DNA from: an uncultured Phycisphaeraceae bacterium
GTDB taxonomy: Bacteria; Planctomycetota; Phycisphaerae; UBA1845
Length of the DNA: 64,000 bases
Reading direction: 5' to 3'
NCBI GenBank assembly: GCA_964494205.1
Contig: CAZBRD010000020.1
Coordinates: 1 to 64,000, forward strand
Shown piece by piece: positions 45,837-54,964 of the stretch; the stretch's first letter is position 1, and every line of letters begins with the position of its first letter. Made by a program: the position numbers and the translations under genes. The notes under the pieces were generated by a model. That model was not told the origin of the DNA, did not search any database, and was given only the letters and a program-made list of their open reading frames with translations.

Positions 45837-48008
45837 ATGGCGACCAGCATGGATGCGAGAGCGGAAAAACTCTTTGATGATTTGAATGATCCCCAGCGCG
45901 AGGCCGTCGCGCACACGGATGGCCCGCTGCTCATCCTCGCTGGACCCGGTAGCGGAAAGACGCGTGTCATCACCCGCCGTGCGGCCCATCTGGCCACCAC
46001 CGTCACACGCCCCCGACACGTTCTCGCAATCACTTTCACCAACAAAGCCGCTCGCGAAATGCGCGAGAGAATTGCATCACTGGAAGTGGGCCCGGGAATC
46101 ACAGCGACAACTTTTCACTCGCTGTGCGCAATGATCCTGCGCCGACATGCCGAACGAATCGGTATCCCAAAGAACTTCACAATTTTCGATCGCGATGATC
46201 GCCGAAAAATCGTGAAGCAGGCTATTGATCGATGCAATCTCGGCTCGGATCGCTGGTCACCTGCGATGGTTGATTCGGTCATCGGTCGTCACAAGAACGC
46301 AATGATCACAGCCGAAGCAGCGGCAAGCATGGCACACGATTGGCACGCAAAAACCATCGCGAGAATCTACGAATGTTATGAGGGCTTGCTTAAGGAGAAT
46401 GGCGGCCTCGATTTTGACGACCTGCTATTGTATGTCGCCCGCGCTCTCGATCGCGACGCAGACTTGCGAGCCGACCTGGAGGATCACTATCGATACGTTC
46501 TGGTGGATGAATACCAGGACACCAACGGCGCACAATACCTCATAGCGCGACAACTCACGCGACAGAATGGAAATCTCTGTGCGACAGGCGACCCCGATCA
46601 ATCGATCTACGGTTGGCGCGGCGCGAACATCGAGAACATTCTCGCGTTTGAGCGCGACTATCCAAATGCGAGAGTCGTGCGACTCGAAGAAAACTATCGA
46701 TCCACTCAGCGAATTCTCTCCGCAGCCGATCGACTAATCGCCGAAAACCAGAAGCGCAAAGCCAAATCGCTCTGGACCAAGAACGGCGAAGGCTCACGCG
46801 TGCGTGTGATCGAAGTGGAAGACGGCGACGAGGAAGCTCGCGAAATCGCACTCGATATCAAGCGCTTGACCATGACCGGCGTGAGCCTCGGCGAGATCGC
46901 TGTTTTCTATCGAATCAACTCATTGAGTCGTGCGATGGAAGAAGCCCTGATCCGCGAAGGCGTACGTTATCAGATCGCGCGAGGCGTTGAGTTCTACAGC
47001 CGCAAAGAAATCAAGGACGTGCTCGCGTACCTTCGGGTGCTCATCAACCCAGCCGACGAAGTGGCCCTCATAAGAATCATCAACACGCCGACGCGCGGTA
47101 TCGGTGATACGAGCATCGACCGTCTCCGTGCTCTCGGTACGGCTGCGGGTCAGCGATTGTTCGACGTGCTATGCGATGAATCCAAGATTCAACACATTGG
47201 TCGCGCCGCGGGCAAAGTGCGCGACTTCGCAAACCTTATCCAATCGATGCGGCCAACGCTGGAGCTTAGACCTTCTGAAGCGCTCTCGCGCGTCATCGCC
47301 GACACCGGGCTGCGCGCGATGTACAGCTCCGAAAAAGACCTCGACGACGCACCGATCGAAAACCTTAACGAACTCATCAGCGCTGCGGCTGAGTATGAAG
47401 AAGAGTTTCCGGAAGCAACGGTAGCCACATGGCTTGAACACACGGCGCTGCTTAGCGATGTCGATTCCGTTGACGATCAGAGCGGTTCTGTCACCTTGAT
47501 GACCCTTCACGCAGCCAAAGGTCTTGAGTTCCCGCATGTTTACGTGATCGCGCTGGAAGAGGGGATTCTGCCAATGCGGCGCGACGACGATCAGGTCGAC
47601 GAGGAGGAGGAACGTCGGTTGCTTTTCGTGGGCATTACAAGGGCCCAAAAGCGCCTCACCCTCTCGCGCGCAAAGTACCGCATGATTCGTGGGATCACCG
47701 AGCGGACCGTTCGCAGCCCCTTCCTCGACGAACTACCGACCGATGAGTTAGAGTATGTCGGCGAGAAGCAGGCGCGGGCGACTCCTCGCAAACCAAAACC
47801 GGACCTGGGGCGTTTGCCTGCCGATATCAGTCAGTGGAGCACGGGGACGTTGGTCCGGCATCCGGCCCACGGTTTGGGGCAGGTCATGGCACTCCATCGC
47901 GGCGATCGGCGCACGCACGTGGATGTGCTGTTCAAAGATGGTCAGCGGCGATCCTGGGTTCTTGAGTTCGCCCAGTTGGAACGCGTTGACTACGACGAAA
48001 TAGGTTGA
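45837..48008 (+). CDS. uvrD: ATP-dependent DNA helicase UvrD/PcrA/Rep family
   Basis: LNDPQREAVAHTDGPLLILAGPGSGKTRVITRRAAHL (motifs Q/I), VLVDEYQDTN (II), FTNKAAREM (Ia), GD.DQSIYGWRGA (III), VTLMTLHAAKGLEFP (V/VI). Start ATG at 45837; the ORF track began at TTG 45798. Confidence 0.85.
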   Translation: MATSMDARAEKLFDDLNDPQREAVAHTDGPLLILAGPGSGKTRVITRRAAHLATTVTRPRHVLAITFTNKAAREMRERIASLEVGPGITATTFHSLCAMILRRHAERIGIPKNFTIFDRDDRRKIVKQAIDRCNLGSDRWSPAMVDSVIGRHKNAMITAEAAASMAHDWHAKTIARIYECYEGLLKENGGLDFDDLLLYVARALDRDADLRADLEDHYRYVLVDEYQDTNGAQYLIARQLTRQNGNLCATGDPDQSIYGWRGANIENILAFERDYPNARVVRLEENYRSTQRILSAADRLIAENQKRKAKSLWTKNGEGSRVRVIEVEDGDEEAREIALDIKRLTMTGVSLGEIAVFYRINSLSRAMEEALIREGVRYQIARGVEFYSRKEIKDVLAYLRVLINPADEVALIRIINTPTRGIGDTSIDRLRALGTAAGQRLFDVLCDESKIQHIGRAAGKVRDFANLIQSMRPTLELRPSEALSRVIADTGLRAMYSSEKDLDDAPIENLNELISAAAEYEEEFPEATVATWLEHTALLSDVDSVDDQSGSVTLMTLHAAKGLEFPHVYVIALEEGILPMRRDDDQVDEEEERRLLFVGITRAQKRLTLSRAKYRMIRGITERTVRSPFLDELPTDELEYVGEKQARATPRKPKPDLGRLPADISQWSTGTLVRHPAHGLGQVMALHRGDRRTHVDVLFKDGQRRSWVLEFAQLERVDYDEIG

Positions 48009-48015
48009 GACGAAC

Positions 48016-49086
48016 ATGCGACATGCTGTCATCATGGCCGGCGGAGCGGGTGTACGGTTGTGGCCATTGAGTCGCCACAATCGCCCCAAGCAGCTCATGC
48101 GCCTGTTCGAAGGCAAGAGTTTGCTTCGACAGTCGTACGATCGCGTTTCGACTATGTTCAAACCTGACCAGATTTGCGTCATCACGAATCAGGCACACGC
48201 TGACCGCGTTCGTTCTGAAATCCCCGAATTGCCCAAAGATAATCTCTTCGGCGAGCCGGTGGGGCGCGATACGGCCAATGCCGTCGGCATGGCTTCCGCG
48301 ATTCTTGCTGAGCGCGATCCTGAGGCCGTCGTCGGGATTTTCACAGCTGACCATGTGATCACGCCCATCGATCGATTCGTCGCGGTTGTTGAGCAGGCGT
48401 ATCAAATGGCTGAGTCGAATTCCGATGCACTGGTTACGCTCGGTATTCGTCCCGCAGGACCGATTACGAGTTATGGTTATATCGCGCGCGGCGATCGCGT
48501 GGCCGACGGCGTTTATATGGTTCGCCGATTTACCGAAAAGCCCAATCAGTCTGAGGCCATGAAGTACGTCGCGAGCGGCGAGTACTACTGGAACAGCGGC
48601 ATGTTCGCGTGGCGGGCGTCGACGATTCTCGGCCAGCTGAAGAAACACCTGCCGCAGTCGTACGCGTCGATCGCGGAAATTGCGGCTGCGTGGAACACGT
48701 CGGAACGTCAGGCGAAGCTGGAGCAGCTTTATCCCACGCTCATGCGAATCAGCATCGACTTCGCCGTTATGGAGCGGGCGGAGAAGGTCCTCGTTGTCGA
48801 GATGAACTGCAACTGGGTCGACGTCGGCTCGTGGCCCGCGATGGAGACGGTCATTCAGGCCGACGACGACGGCAACGTGAACGCGTGCTCGCGCACGATT
48901 CATCTTGCTTCACGCGGCAACATCATCGTTTCCGAAGACGATCATCTCATTGCGACGATCGGCGTCGATGATCTGGTCATCATTCACTCGCCAGATGCGA
49001 CGCTCATCTGCACGAAGCGTGATGCGCATAGCATCAAGGAACTCGTCACCAACATCCGACAGCAATTTGGTGAGCAATACGTTTAG
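48016..49086 (+). CDS. manC: mannose-1-phosphate guanylyltransferase
   Basis: MRHAVIMAGGAGVRLWPLSRHNRPKQL N-terminal nucleotidyltransferase motif; 356 aa. Begins 8 nt after the uvrD stop. Confidence 0.8.
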   Translation: MRHAVIMAGGAGVRLWPLSRHNRPKQLMRLFEGKSLLRQSYDRVSTMFKPDQICVITNQAHADRVRSEIPELPKDNLFGEPVGRDTANAVGMASAILAERDPEAVVGIFTADHVITPIDRFVAVVEQAYQMAESNSDALVTLGIRPAGPITSYGYIARGDRVADGVYMVRRFTEKPNQSEAMKYVASGEYYWNSGMFAWRASTILGQLKKHLPQSYASIAEIAAAWNTSERQAKLEQLYPTLMRISIDFAVMERAEKVLVVEMNCNWVDVGSWPAMETVIQADDDGNVNACSRTIHLASRGNIIVSEDDHLIATIGVDDLVIIHSPDATLICTKRDAHSIKELVTNIRQQFGEQYV

Positions 49087-49127
49087 AACAAGCCGCGTCA
49101 TTATCGCGCACCCAGACCACCCTTTGT

Positions 49128-49146
49128 CCCCCCTTGCCAAGGGGGG
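49128..49146. repeat. CCCCCCTT-gcc-AAGGGGGG palindromic element (second copy)
   Basis: Differs from the 11227 copy by 2 of 19 nt. Lies 41 nt after the manC stop. Confidence 0.5.
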
Positions 49147-49688
49147 AGTGATTGCTCGCTCGTTGCAGTAATTCTTGAGGCCTTGCGGCTGTGGTTTCAA
49201 ATGGCTAAATGGCTAAAAACGAAAAAAACCAATTAAGTAGTGACACGCCGTGGCACTTTGTGCATGACGAATGGCGAATAGCGATTGGCGAAAAGGGTCT
49301 TTTGCGCCAGCGCGTTGTCATACCGTTATAACTTGGAAGGTGATCGGTCGAGGTTGTGAATGGGCGCAATGCCTTGTCGGGGCCTGAGTTACAAGATGCT
49401 TGTCGGTCAAGTTTAGCTTAATAATTCCATCTATGACGTCGCAGGTTTCAGTCGTGCCTACGGCACTTTAACCGCCATTTGTTTGCACTACACCCAGCAC
49501 AAGATGTGCTGGGCTATTCTCGGTTCGTCCCTAACGGTACGAGGGTGCACATCATGCCAAGTCCGCAACGAACCGGTCGCTTGCGCTCCCGGCTCTGATG
49601 GATATTTGGGGTCTGTGATGAGGCATTCGTGCGTGTAATCATTGGAATCGGTTAAGAAGGGAGAGGAGTTGTTGACACACTCTCCAAC

Positions 49689-51341
49689 TCAATTCTGTTT
49701 CTTTTCCATGCGATTGTCGTTGTGCTCAACTGGTTTCGCCGATTTGGGCGAAGCGACGGAAGTGGGCTTGTCGGTTGTAGGGCGAGCTGTGTCTTGTGGG
49801 GCTACGGCGATATCAATGACGAACGTAATGAACTCATCCGCCTTATGCTGATACACGTCTGCGAATTCCCCTGAACGCGGAGCGGCTGCCAAGGTTGTCG
49901 CGGGTGCACCGGCTTGCTTTTCCTTTGCTTCATTCTTGCGTGAATCGTCTGCGCGTTTCATTGCGTTTGCGACGAGTGAACCGCCTTCTTCGACTTCAGC
50001 GGCTTGGGCGTTCGCATCGGCATCCGCCACTGTTGTTTCATCCTTCGGCGCGGGAGGTCCTACGTTGCTTTCGGCAAAGGAACCACTCTCAGGCTTCGGA
50101 GCTGCGTCGCGCTCTTCTGTAGGTGTGCTGTTCTTCTTGGCAGCCTCCGCCATTTTTTCGCCGAGTTCGTCGCTTGTTTTCTGGTCAATTCCCACCAATT
50201 GCAGAAACGCACTGGTCACCGAAGCGGCGTTATCATCATCCGGCAGGTTGAGTGTAACGTCGCTCTCAGATTCAAGAGCTTCCGATTGCGCTCGCGACCT
50301 CGCGGGCGTTTTGTTACTTGCACTTAGACTTAGCTCATTTTGAGTCTGCGACAAAGCGATGAAATTGTCCTTGACCAGCTGGTTACCTTCGAGCGTGTTT
50401 CCGGCCACATTCAGCATCATCTGCGCGTTGGGCGGCTGAGCTGCTTCGACGTCGCCGAGGACTTTGCCGACGTCGCTTGCTCGCGCACGCACCAGCACCT
50501 GTCGGTTCAATGTATTCTGGTAATTGACTCCGGGCGTGCCGGGTTCATAAACGGCTTGGTTCGTTGGGATGGATTGCTCTTTTCTGGCGGCTGCATCTGA
50601 AACGCGAGTGAACTGTTGTTGACCTAACTGTGTTGTCAGCTTGGCTAAGAGCGCGTCGCGCTGTCGCTCGTTTTCGACGACGACTTGAAGCTGGACCGGC
50701 TCTTGCGCGTAGGAATGTTGCTGGAGCAACTCAGGGGCCATCTGATTGCGCAGCTTTGATTCAAACGTTTCCGAGGGGGCCATCGCGACCAGTTCACCGG
50801 TCTTGGTGGCAACTTTGTCGCCAAGTGACTGACTTTTCTTGAGATCGACTTTGGCTGTTGTCGCGGAAACGGGCGACGGTTTTGTTGCCCCAGTTTTCGG
50901 CTTGTTGGCGGCCAGTGAATCCTTGGCCTCCTGCATCTTGGTTTGATTTTCAGCGAGTAGTTTTCTGGAGAATTCACGAGAAGAGTGCGCCACCAGATAC
51001 CAGCCGGATGTCATCATGATGACGAACATGGCTGCGATCGCACCAAATATCTGCAGTGTTCGCCGGCCACTTGTGTGCGTCACACGATGTTGTGGCACGT
51101 GGTCGAGCAGGGCGCGGCGTTCGATTTGTTGCTGCACGTCTTCGGCGATTGATTCTGGCGCGGTGTGTCGAGGAAGAGAGCTAACGATTGCGGACGTGAG
51201 GCGAAGCTCTTCGAGCAATTTGCGGGCGGTCGCGTTCTCCTTGAGCAGGCGCTCCGCCTGCGCACGCTCCGTGTCCTGGAGCTCATCGTCCAGATAGGCG
51301 GAAAGCAACTCTTCCATCCGTTCGCGTTCCACGTCACGCAT
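49689..51341 (-). CDS. anti-sigma factor (single TM helix, long low-complexity periplasmic region)
   Basis: N-terminal MEELLSAYLDDELQDTERAQAERLL anti-sigma N-domain. TM helix IFGAIAAMFVIMMTSGWYLVA. A/K/P/T-rich C-terminal half. Start overlaps the ECF sigma stop by 8 nt. Confidence 0.6.
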   Translation of the reverse strand: MRDVERERMEELLSAYLDDELQDTERAQAERLLKENATARKLLEELRLTSAIVSSLPRHTAPESIAEDVQQQIERRALLDHVPQHRVTHTSGRRTLQIFGAIAAMFVIMMTSGWYLVAHSSREFSRKLLAENQTKMQEAKDSLAANKPKTGATKPSPVSATTAKVDLKKSQSLGDKVATKTGELVAMAPSETFESKLRNQMAPELLQQHSYAQEPVQLQVVVENERQRDALLAKLTTQLGQQQFTRVSDAAARKEQSIPTNQAVYEPGTPGVNYQNTLNRQVLVRARASDVGKVLGDVEAAQPPNAQMMLNVAGNTLEGNQLVKDNFIALSQTQNELSLSASNKTPARSRAQSEALESESDVTLNLPDDDNAASVTSAFLQLVGIDQKTSDELGEKMAEAAKKNSTPTEERDAAPKPESGSFAESNVGPPAPKDETTVADADANAQAAEVEEGGSLVANAMKRADDSRKNEAKEKQAGAPATTLAAAPRSGEFADVYQHKADEFITFVIDIAVAPQDTARPTTDKPTSVASPKSAKPVEHNDNRMEKKQN

Positions 51342-52005
51342 CCTTCAAACCTGTTCGCGGGCCAGCGGAGCCCATCAGCGGCAGAATTGCCTGCCTGATG
51401 GCCATTCTCGCTCGGTGCAGCCGAGATTTTACCGTTCCGGCGGGTACGTCCAAAATCCCCGCGATTTCGGCGTAGTCTAGGCCTTCCATGTCTCGGAGCA
51501 CGACGACCGCGCGATGCTCTTCGTCCAGCGTCTGGAGGGCTCGGGCCACGTGCGCCTGCATTTCGGCCTCGATCGCATGCTGATCGGCGTGGTTGGCTGC
51601 ATGTTTGCTCCGCGCGATAAGCGATTCTGCCTGTGAACCGCTTGCCTCAGTCATGGCATCCAAAGACGTTGTTCGCTTCCTCGCTACGCTTCGACGTTGT
51701 GACAACGCCAGATTGACCGCAATCCTGAACACCCAAGTGTAGAAGCCGCTGAGCTGCCGGAACTCGCCGATTCGCTCGTAGGCCTTCAGGAATGCGTCCT
51801 GCGTGAGGTCGCGCGCGTCCTCCACGTTGCCGGAAATCCGCCAGCACGTGTTGTAGACGCGGTCCTGGTATTTTCGGACAAGCACCGCGTAGGCCGCCGA
51901 ATCGCCCATTCTGACTTTCTCGACCAGTTCCAAATCCTCAAGAGGAACCGGACGCGTGGACACGGGTTCAACTGGCGGTTCCTTGGGTATTGGACGCTCA
52001 GCCAC
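51334..52005 (-). CDS. RNA polymerase ECF-type sigma-70 factor
   Basis: Region 2 (YAVLVRKYQDRVYNTCWRISGNVEDARDLTQDAFLKAYERI) and region 4 (VVVLRDMEGLDYAEIAGILDVPAGTVKSRLHRAR). Confidence 0.85.
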   Translation of the reverse strand: MAERPIPKEPPVEPVSTRPVPLEDLELVEKVRMGDSAAYAVLVRKYQDRVYNTCWRISGNVEDARDLTQDAFLKAYERIGEFRQLSGFYTWVFRIAVNLALSQRRSVARKRTTSLDAMTEASGSQAESLIARSKHAANHADQHAIEAEMQAHVARALQTLDEEHRAVVVLRDMEGLDYAEIAGILDVPAGTVKSRLHRARMAIRQAILPLMGSAGPRTGLKDA

Positions 52006-52108
52006 AGGGTTCAGTTCCCATCAAAGTCCGACTGGCCGAATTGCGGGCACGATAAAACTTCAAACGCCAGCTAATAATCGGCCTTCGTTCCCAAAAGGTC
52101 AAACGGGT

Positions 52109-52157
52109 GAATGCAAAAGGGCGAATGAAGAATGCGGGACAGCGAATGCCGAATGTC
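52109..52157. promoter_or_regulatory. periodic GAATG(C/A/T) repeat array upstream of the ECF sigma operon
   Basis: Five copies at 52109, 52123, 52130, 52144 and 52151 (spacing 14, 7, 14, 7 nt). They lie 104-152 nt upstream of the sigma start codon, between it and tRNA-Arg. Confidence 0.4.
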
Positions 52158-52192
52158 GAAGAGTGCATGAACGACGAAAGATGCGTTCAAAC

Positions 52193-52266
52193 CGTCCCCG
52201 ACAGGATTCGAACCTGTAACCTTCGGCTTCGGAGGCCGACGCGCTATCCAATTGTGCCACGGGGAC
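52193..52266 (-). tRNA. tRNA-Arg (anticodon CCG)
   Basis: Reverse complement GTCCCCG-TG-GCACAATTGGATAGCGC-G-TCGGC-CTCCGAA-GCCGA-AGGTT-ACAGGTTCGAATCCTGT-CGGGGAC-G. Anticodon loop CTCCGAA. No encoded CCA. Close to the E. coli tRNA-Arg(CCG) pattern. Confidence 0.85.
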
Positions 52267-52368
52267 AATAAGGTTAAGTGTAAATCACACCTATCTTCTG
52301 TCAATCGAAGAACGTGTTGCTCGATTGCATCTTTGCCACGGTTAGTGCGCCGGATACACTCGCGAAGC

Positions 52369-52635
52369 ATGTTGTACATGGTCATCGAGCGGTTCAAGAG
52401 CGGGGATTTCAAGGCGGCGGGGGAGCGCTTTCGACTGCGAGGACGCATGATGCCCGAGGGGGTCACGTATCAGTGCAGTTGGCTCGATAGCGAGGGAAGT
52501 GTCTGCTTCCAGATCATGGAGGCGACGTCGCGCGGGCTGCTTGATGAGTGGATCGCGAACTGGAGCGACCTCGTCGATTTTGAAGTGAATCCTGTGCTGA
52601 CGTCGGCGGAATTCTGGAGCAGGCAGAGCGCGTAA
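52369..52635 (+). CDS. DUF3303 domain protein
   Basis: MLYMVIERFKSGDFKAAGERFRLRGRMMPEGVTYQCSWLDSEGSVCFQIMEA...LDEWIANWSDLVDFEVNPVLTSAEF matches the DUF3303 consensus (MLFMVIERFRDGD...RFRE.GRM.PEGL.Y..SWV.....CFQLMEC....L..W...W.DL..FEI.PV). No obvious RBS. Confidence 0.5.
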   Translation: MLYMVIERFKSGDFKAAGERFRLRGRMMPEGVTYQCSWLDSEGSVCFQIMEATSRGLLDEWIANWSDLVDFEVNPVLTSAEFWSRQSA

Positions 52636-52680
52636 TTGGCGCATGATGGCTGGTGGTACTGAGTCTTCTCGCGGCGAAAC

Positions 52681-53781
52681 ATGTCCGAAACTACACACAA
52701 CGATCGCGCTGCTGAGCCGGTTGCCATATCGCGGCGAAGGAAAGTCGTTTTCCTTTCTTTCATTGTCTTGGCTCTGTTGAGCATTGGCGAAGTTGGTTCG
52801 CGAATTTTTTGGGCGATGCGCGGTGTGCCGGTTTGGACAGCTCAGCGCATGATCCATCGGTCGTTTTACCCGGAGCTTGTTTCAGTTGAGAACGCGACGC
52901 CGTCGAGGACGGATGATGTTCTCGACATACTCCTGCTCGGCGGGTCAGTGCCGAACAACAACTATGGCAATATTGAGCATCTGCTGCGGGAGAAGCTGTT
53001 CTTGTCGGGCCATCCTGCCCGTGTCTACAACCTCGCGATGCCCGGTCAGACTTCGCTCGATAGCTATTACAAGTATCGTCATTTGCAGGATAAGCAGTTC
53101 GACTTGGTGCTCGTCTACCATGGCATCAACGAGGTGCGAGCGAACAATTGTCCTCCCGAAGTATTCAAGGCTGATTACTCGCATTACTCGTGGTACAGCC
53201 TCATCAATGCATGGGAGCGAGCGAGCGACTCTCGATGGTTTGTCGAGCCGTATACGTTCAGATTTCTCGGTTCGAAAGCCTTTGAACGACTGGGGCTGGC
53301 GAGCTATGTGCCGACGCATCAACCACGACCTGAAGACATGGAATGGGGGAAAGACGTCAAGACTGCGGCGTCGTTCAGGAAAAACATCGAGGGTATTATT
53401 CGCATTGCAGCTGCAAAGAACGAACGGCTTATCTTGATGTCCGTCGCGTACTATGTCCCGGAAGGCTACTCGAAAGAGAAATTCGATAAGCGGGAGCTCG
53501 ACTACTGCTCGCATGCGCTTCCGATTGAGCTGTGGGGGAAACCGGAATATGTGGCTGCGGCGATTGATGCGCACAACGTGGTCATTAAGTACCTGGCGAC
53601 AACCCATCAGCTCGAACTCGTTGACCAGAATCGGCTGATTCCCAGGAACAAGAAGAACTTCAACGACATCTGCCATTTGACGCATGAGGGATGTGAGAAC
53701 TTCGTAGATAACACGTTGAAGATTATTTCCTCTTCGTTTGTACATTATGACATTGGTGCGGCTGAAGACTTTGGCAATTGA
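52681..53781 (+). CDS. SGNH/GDSL-like hydrolase family protein, N-terminal membrane anchor (tentative)
   Basis: Block I-like ILLLGGSVPNN and block V-like DICHLTHEG (DxxH). N-terminal TM helix. Not a perfect GDSL match. Confidence 0.4.
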   Translation: MSETTHNDRAAEPVAISRRRKVVFLSFIVLALLSIGEVGSRIFWAMRGVPVWTAQRMIHRSFYPELVSVENATPSRTDDVLDILLLGGSVPNNNYGNIEHLLREKLFLSGHPARVYNLAMPGQTSLDSYYKYRHLQDKQFDLVLVYHGINEVRANNCPPEVFKADYSHYSWYSLINAWERASDSRWFVEPYTFRFLGSKAFERLGLASYVPTHQPRPEDMEWGKDVKTAASFRKNIEGIIRIAAAKNERLILMSVAYYVPEGYSKEKFDKRELDYCSHALPIELWGKPEYVAAAIDAHNVVIKYLATTHQLELVDQNRLIPRNKKNFNDICHLTHEGCENFVDNTLKIISSSFVHYDIGAAEDFGN

Positions 53782-53822
53782 TTTATTCGAAATGGAACGT
53801 TTTGCACAATTATCCGCGATCA

Positions 53823-54830
53823 ATGCGACTACTAGTCATCACCGGCTGTTTTATTTTTGCGTGTTCACCGGTCGTCTTTGCCGAAGAGCCGCTTCTCGAC
53901 TATTACGCGGAAATCGAACCATACGAGACCGGCTTTCTTAAAGTCTCCGACACGCACGAAATCTATTACGAAATCTGCGGTAATCCGAATGGTAAAACTG
54001 TCATGGTTTTCCACGGCGGCCCCGGTGGGGGGAGCTATCCCGGTTTGCGACGGTTTCACGATCCGTCCAAGTGGAAGATCGTTCTTCACGATCAGCGGGG
54101 CGCGGGCAAGAGTAAGCCGCACTGTGAACTCAAAGACAACAACACATCGGCGCTGTTAGAGGATGTGGAGAAACTTCGCGAGCACCTGAAGCTTGGCAAG
54201 GTGCACGTCTTCGGCGGTTCGTGGGGTTCGACGCTTGCGGTTGCTTATGCGGAGAAGTATCCGGCCAATGTGGAGTCACTTGTCATTCGCGGTGTGTTTC
54301 TCGGCAGCCAGTCCGAGATTGACCATTTTTATCATGGCGGCGTGGGCACCTTGTTCCCCGAGGAATATGCCAAACTCCAGGAGCTGATTCCAGAACCGAG
54401 AAAGATGCACTATCCGAAGCAGTTGTTCAAACTGCTCAAGGACGGCGACGAGGCCACCAAAAAGAAAATCGCCGTTGGGTGGGCGAGTTACGAAATCAAA
54501 GTGGCCAGCATGAACGCGTCCGACGAAAAGGTGGCTGCGAACTTCGTCGATTGGGACCCCTACGATTTTTCGTTGATCGAGAATTACTACATGGCCAACG
54601 GCTGTTTCGTGAAAGATGAAGAGCTGCTAAACAACGCGAAGAATATCGCCGACATTCCGACGATCATTGTGCAGGGGCGATATGACGTAGTTTGCCCGCC
54701 GATCACCGCGTGGAAGTTACATAAGAAGCTGAATAAGTCGAAACTGGTTATGGTCGAGACTGGTGCGCATGGCGCGGGTGATCCTCCCATGCGGTCGGCG
54801 CTGATTGCCGCGACGAAATCGCTTGAATAG
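53823..54830 (+). CDS. pip: proline iminopeptidase (S33 alpha/beta hydrolase), secreted
   Basis: HGGPGGG; nucleophile elbow [29 protein letters not shown] matches Pip ([27 protein letters not shown]). Signal peptide [20 protein letters not shown]. The ORF track began at TTG 53778. Confidence 0.8.
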   Translation: [335 protein letters not shown]

Positions 54831-54964
54831 CGGTCTCGGGTAATGGTTAGTTAACGAAACGCAAATCTGTATTCACATCGCGTTGACACGAGTCGACCTG
54901 CGGCTACCCTCGCTGGCGAGTTGAAATATCCCCCATGGATTCTGCTGCATTGGCCGGAGGTTTC

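Noticed and set aside
49087-49688. tmRNA, RNase P RNA, SRP RNA or 6S RNA in the two 600-nt gaps
   Set aside because: Searched by eye for GGAAAGTCCGG and AGGGTGAAA (RNase P) and for the tRNA-like GGTTCGATTCC T-arm plus CCA tail (tmRNA) in both long gaps, and for the GGAAGGAAGCA SRP motif in this gap; none present. The only T-arm-like sequences belong to the two tRNAs.
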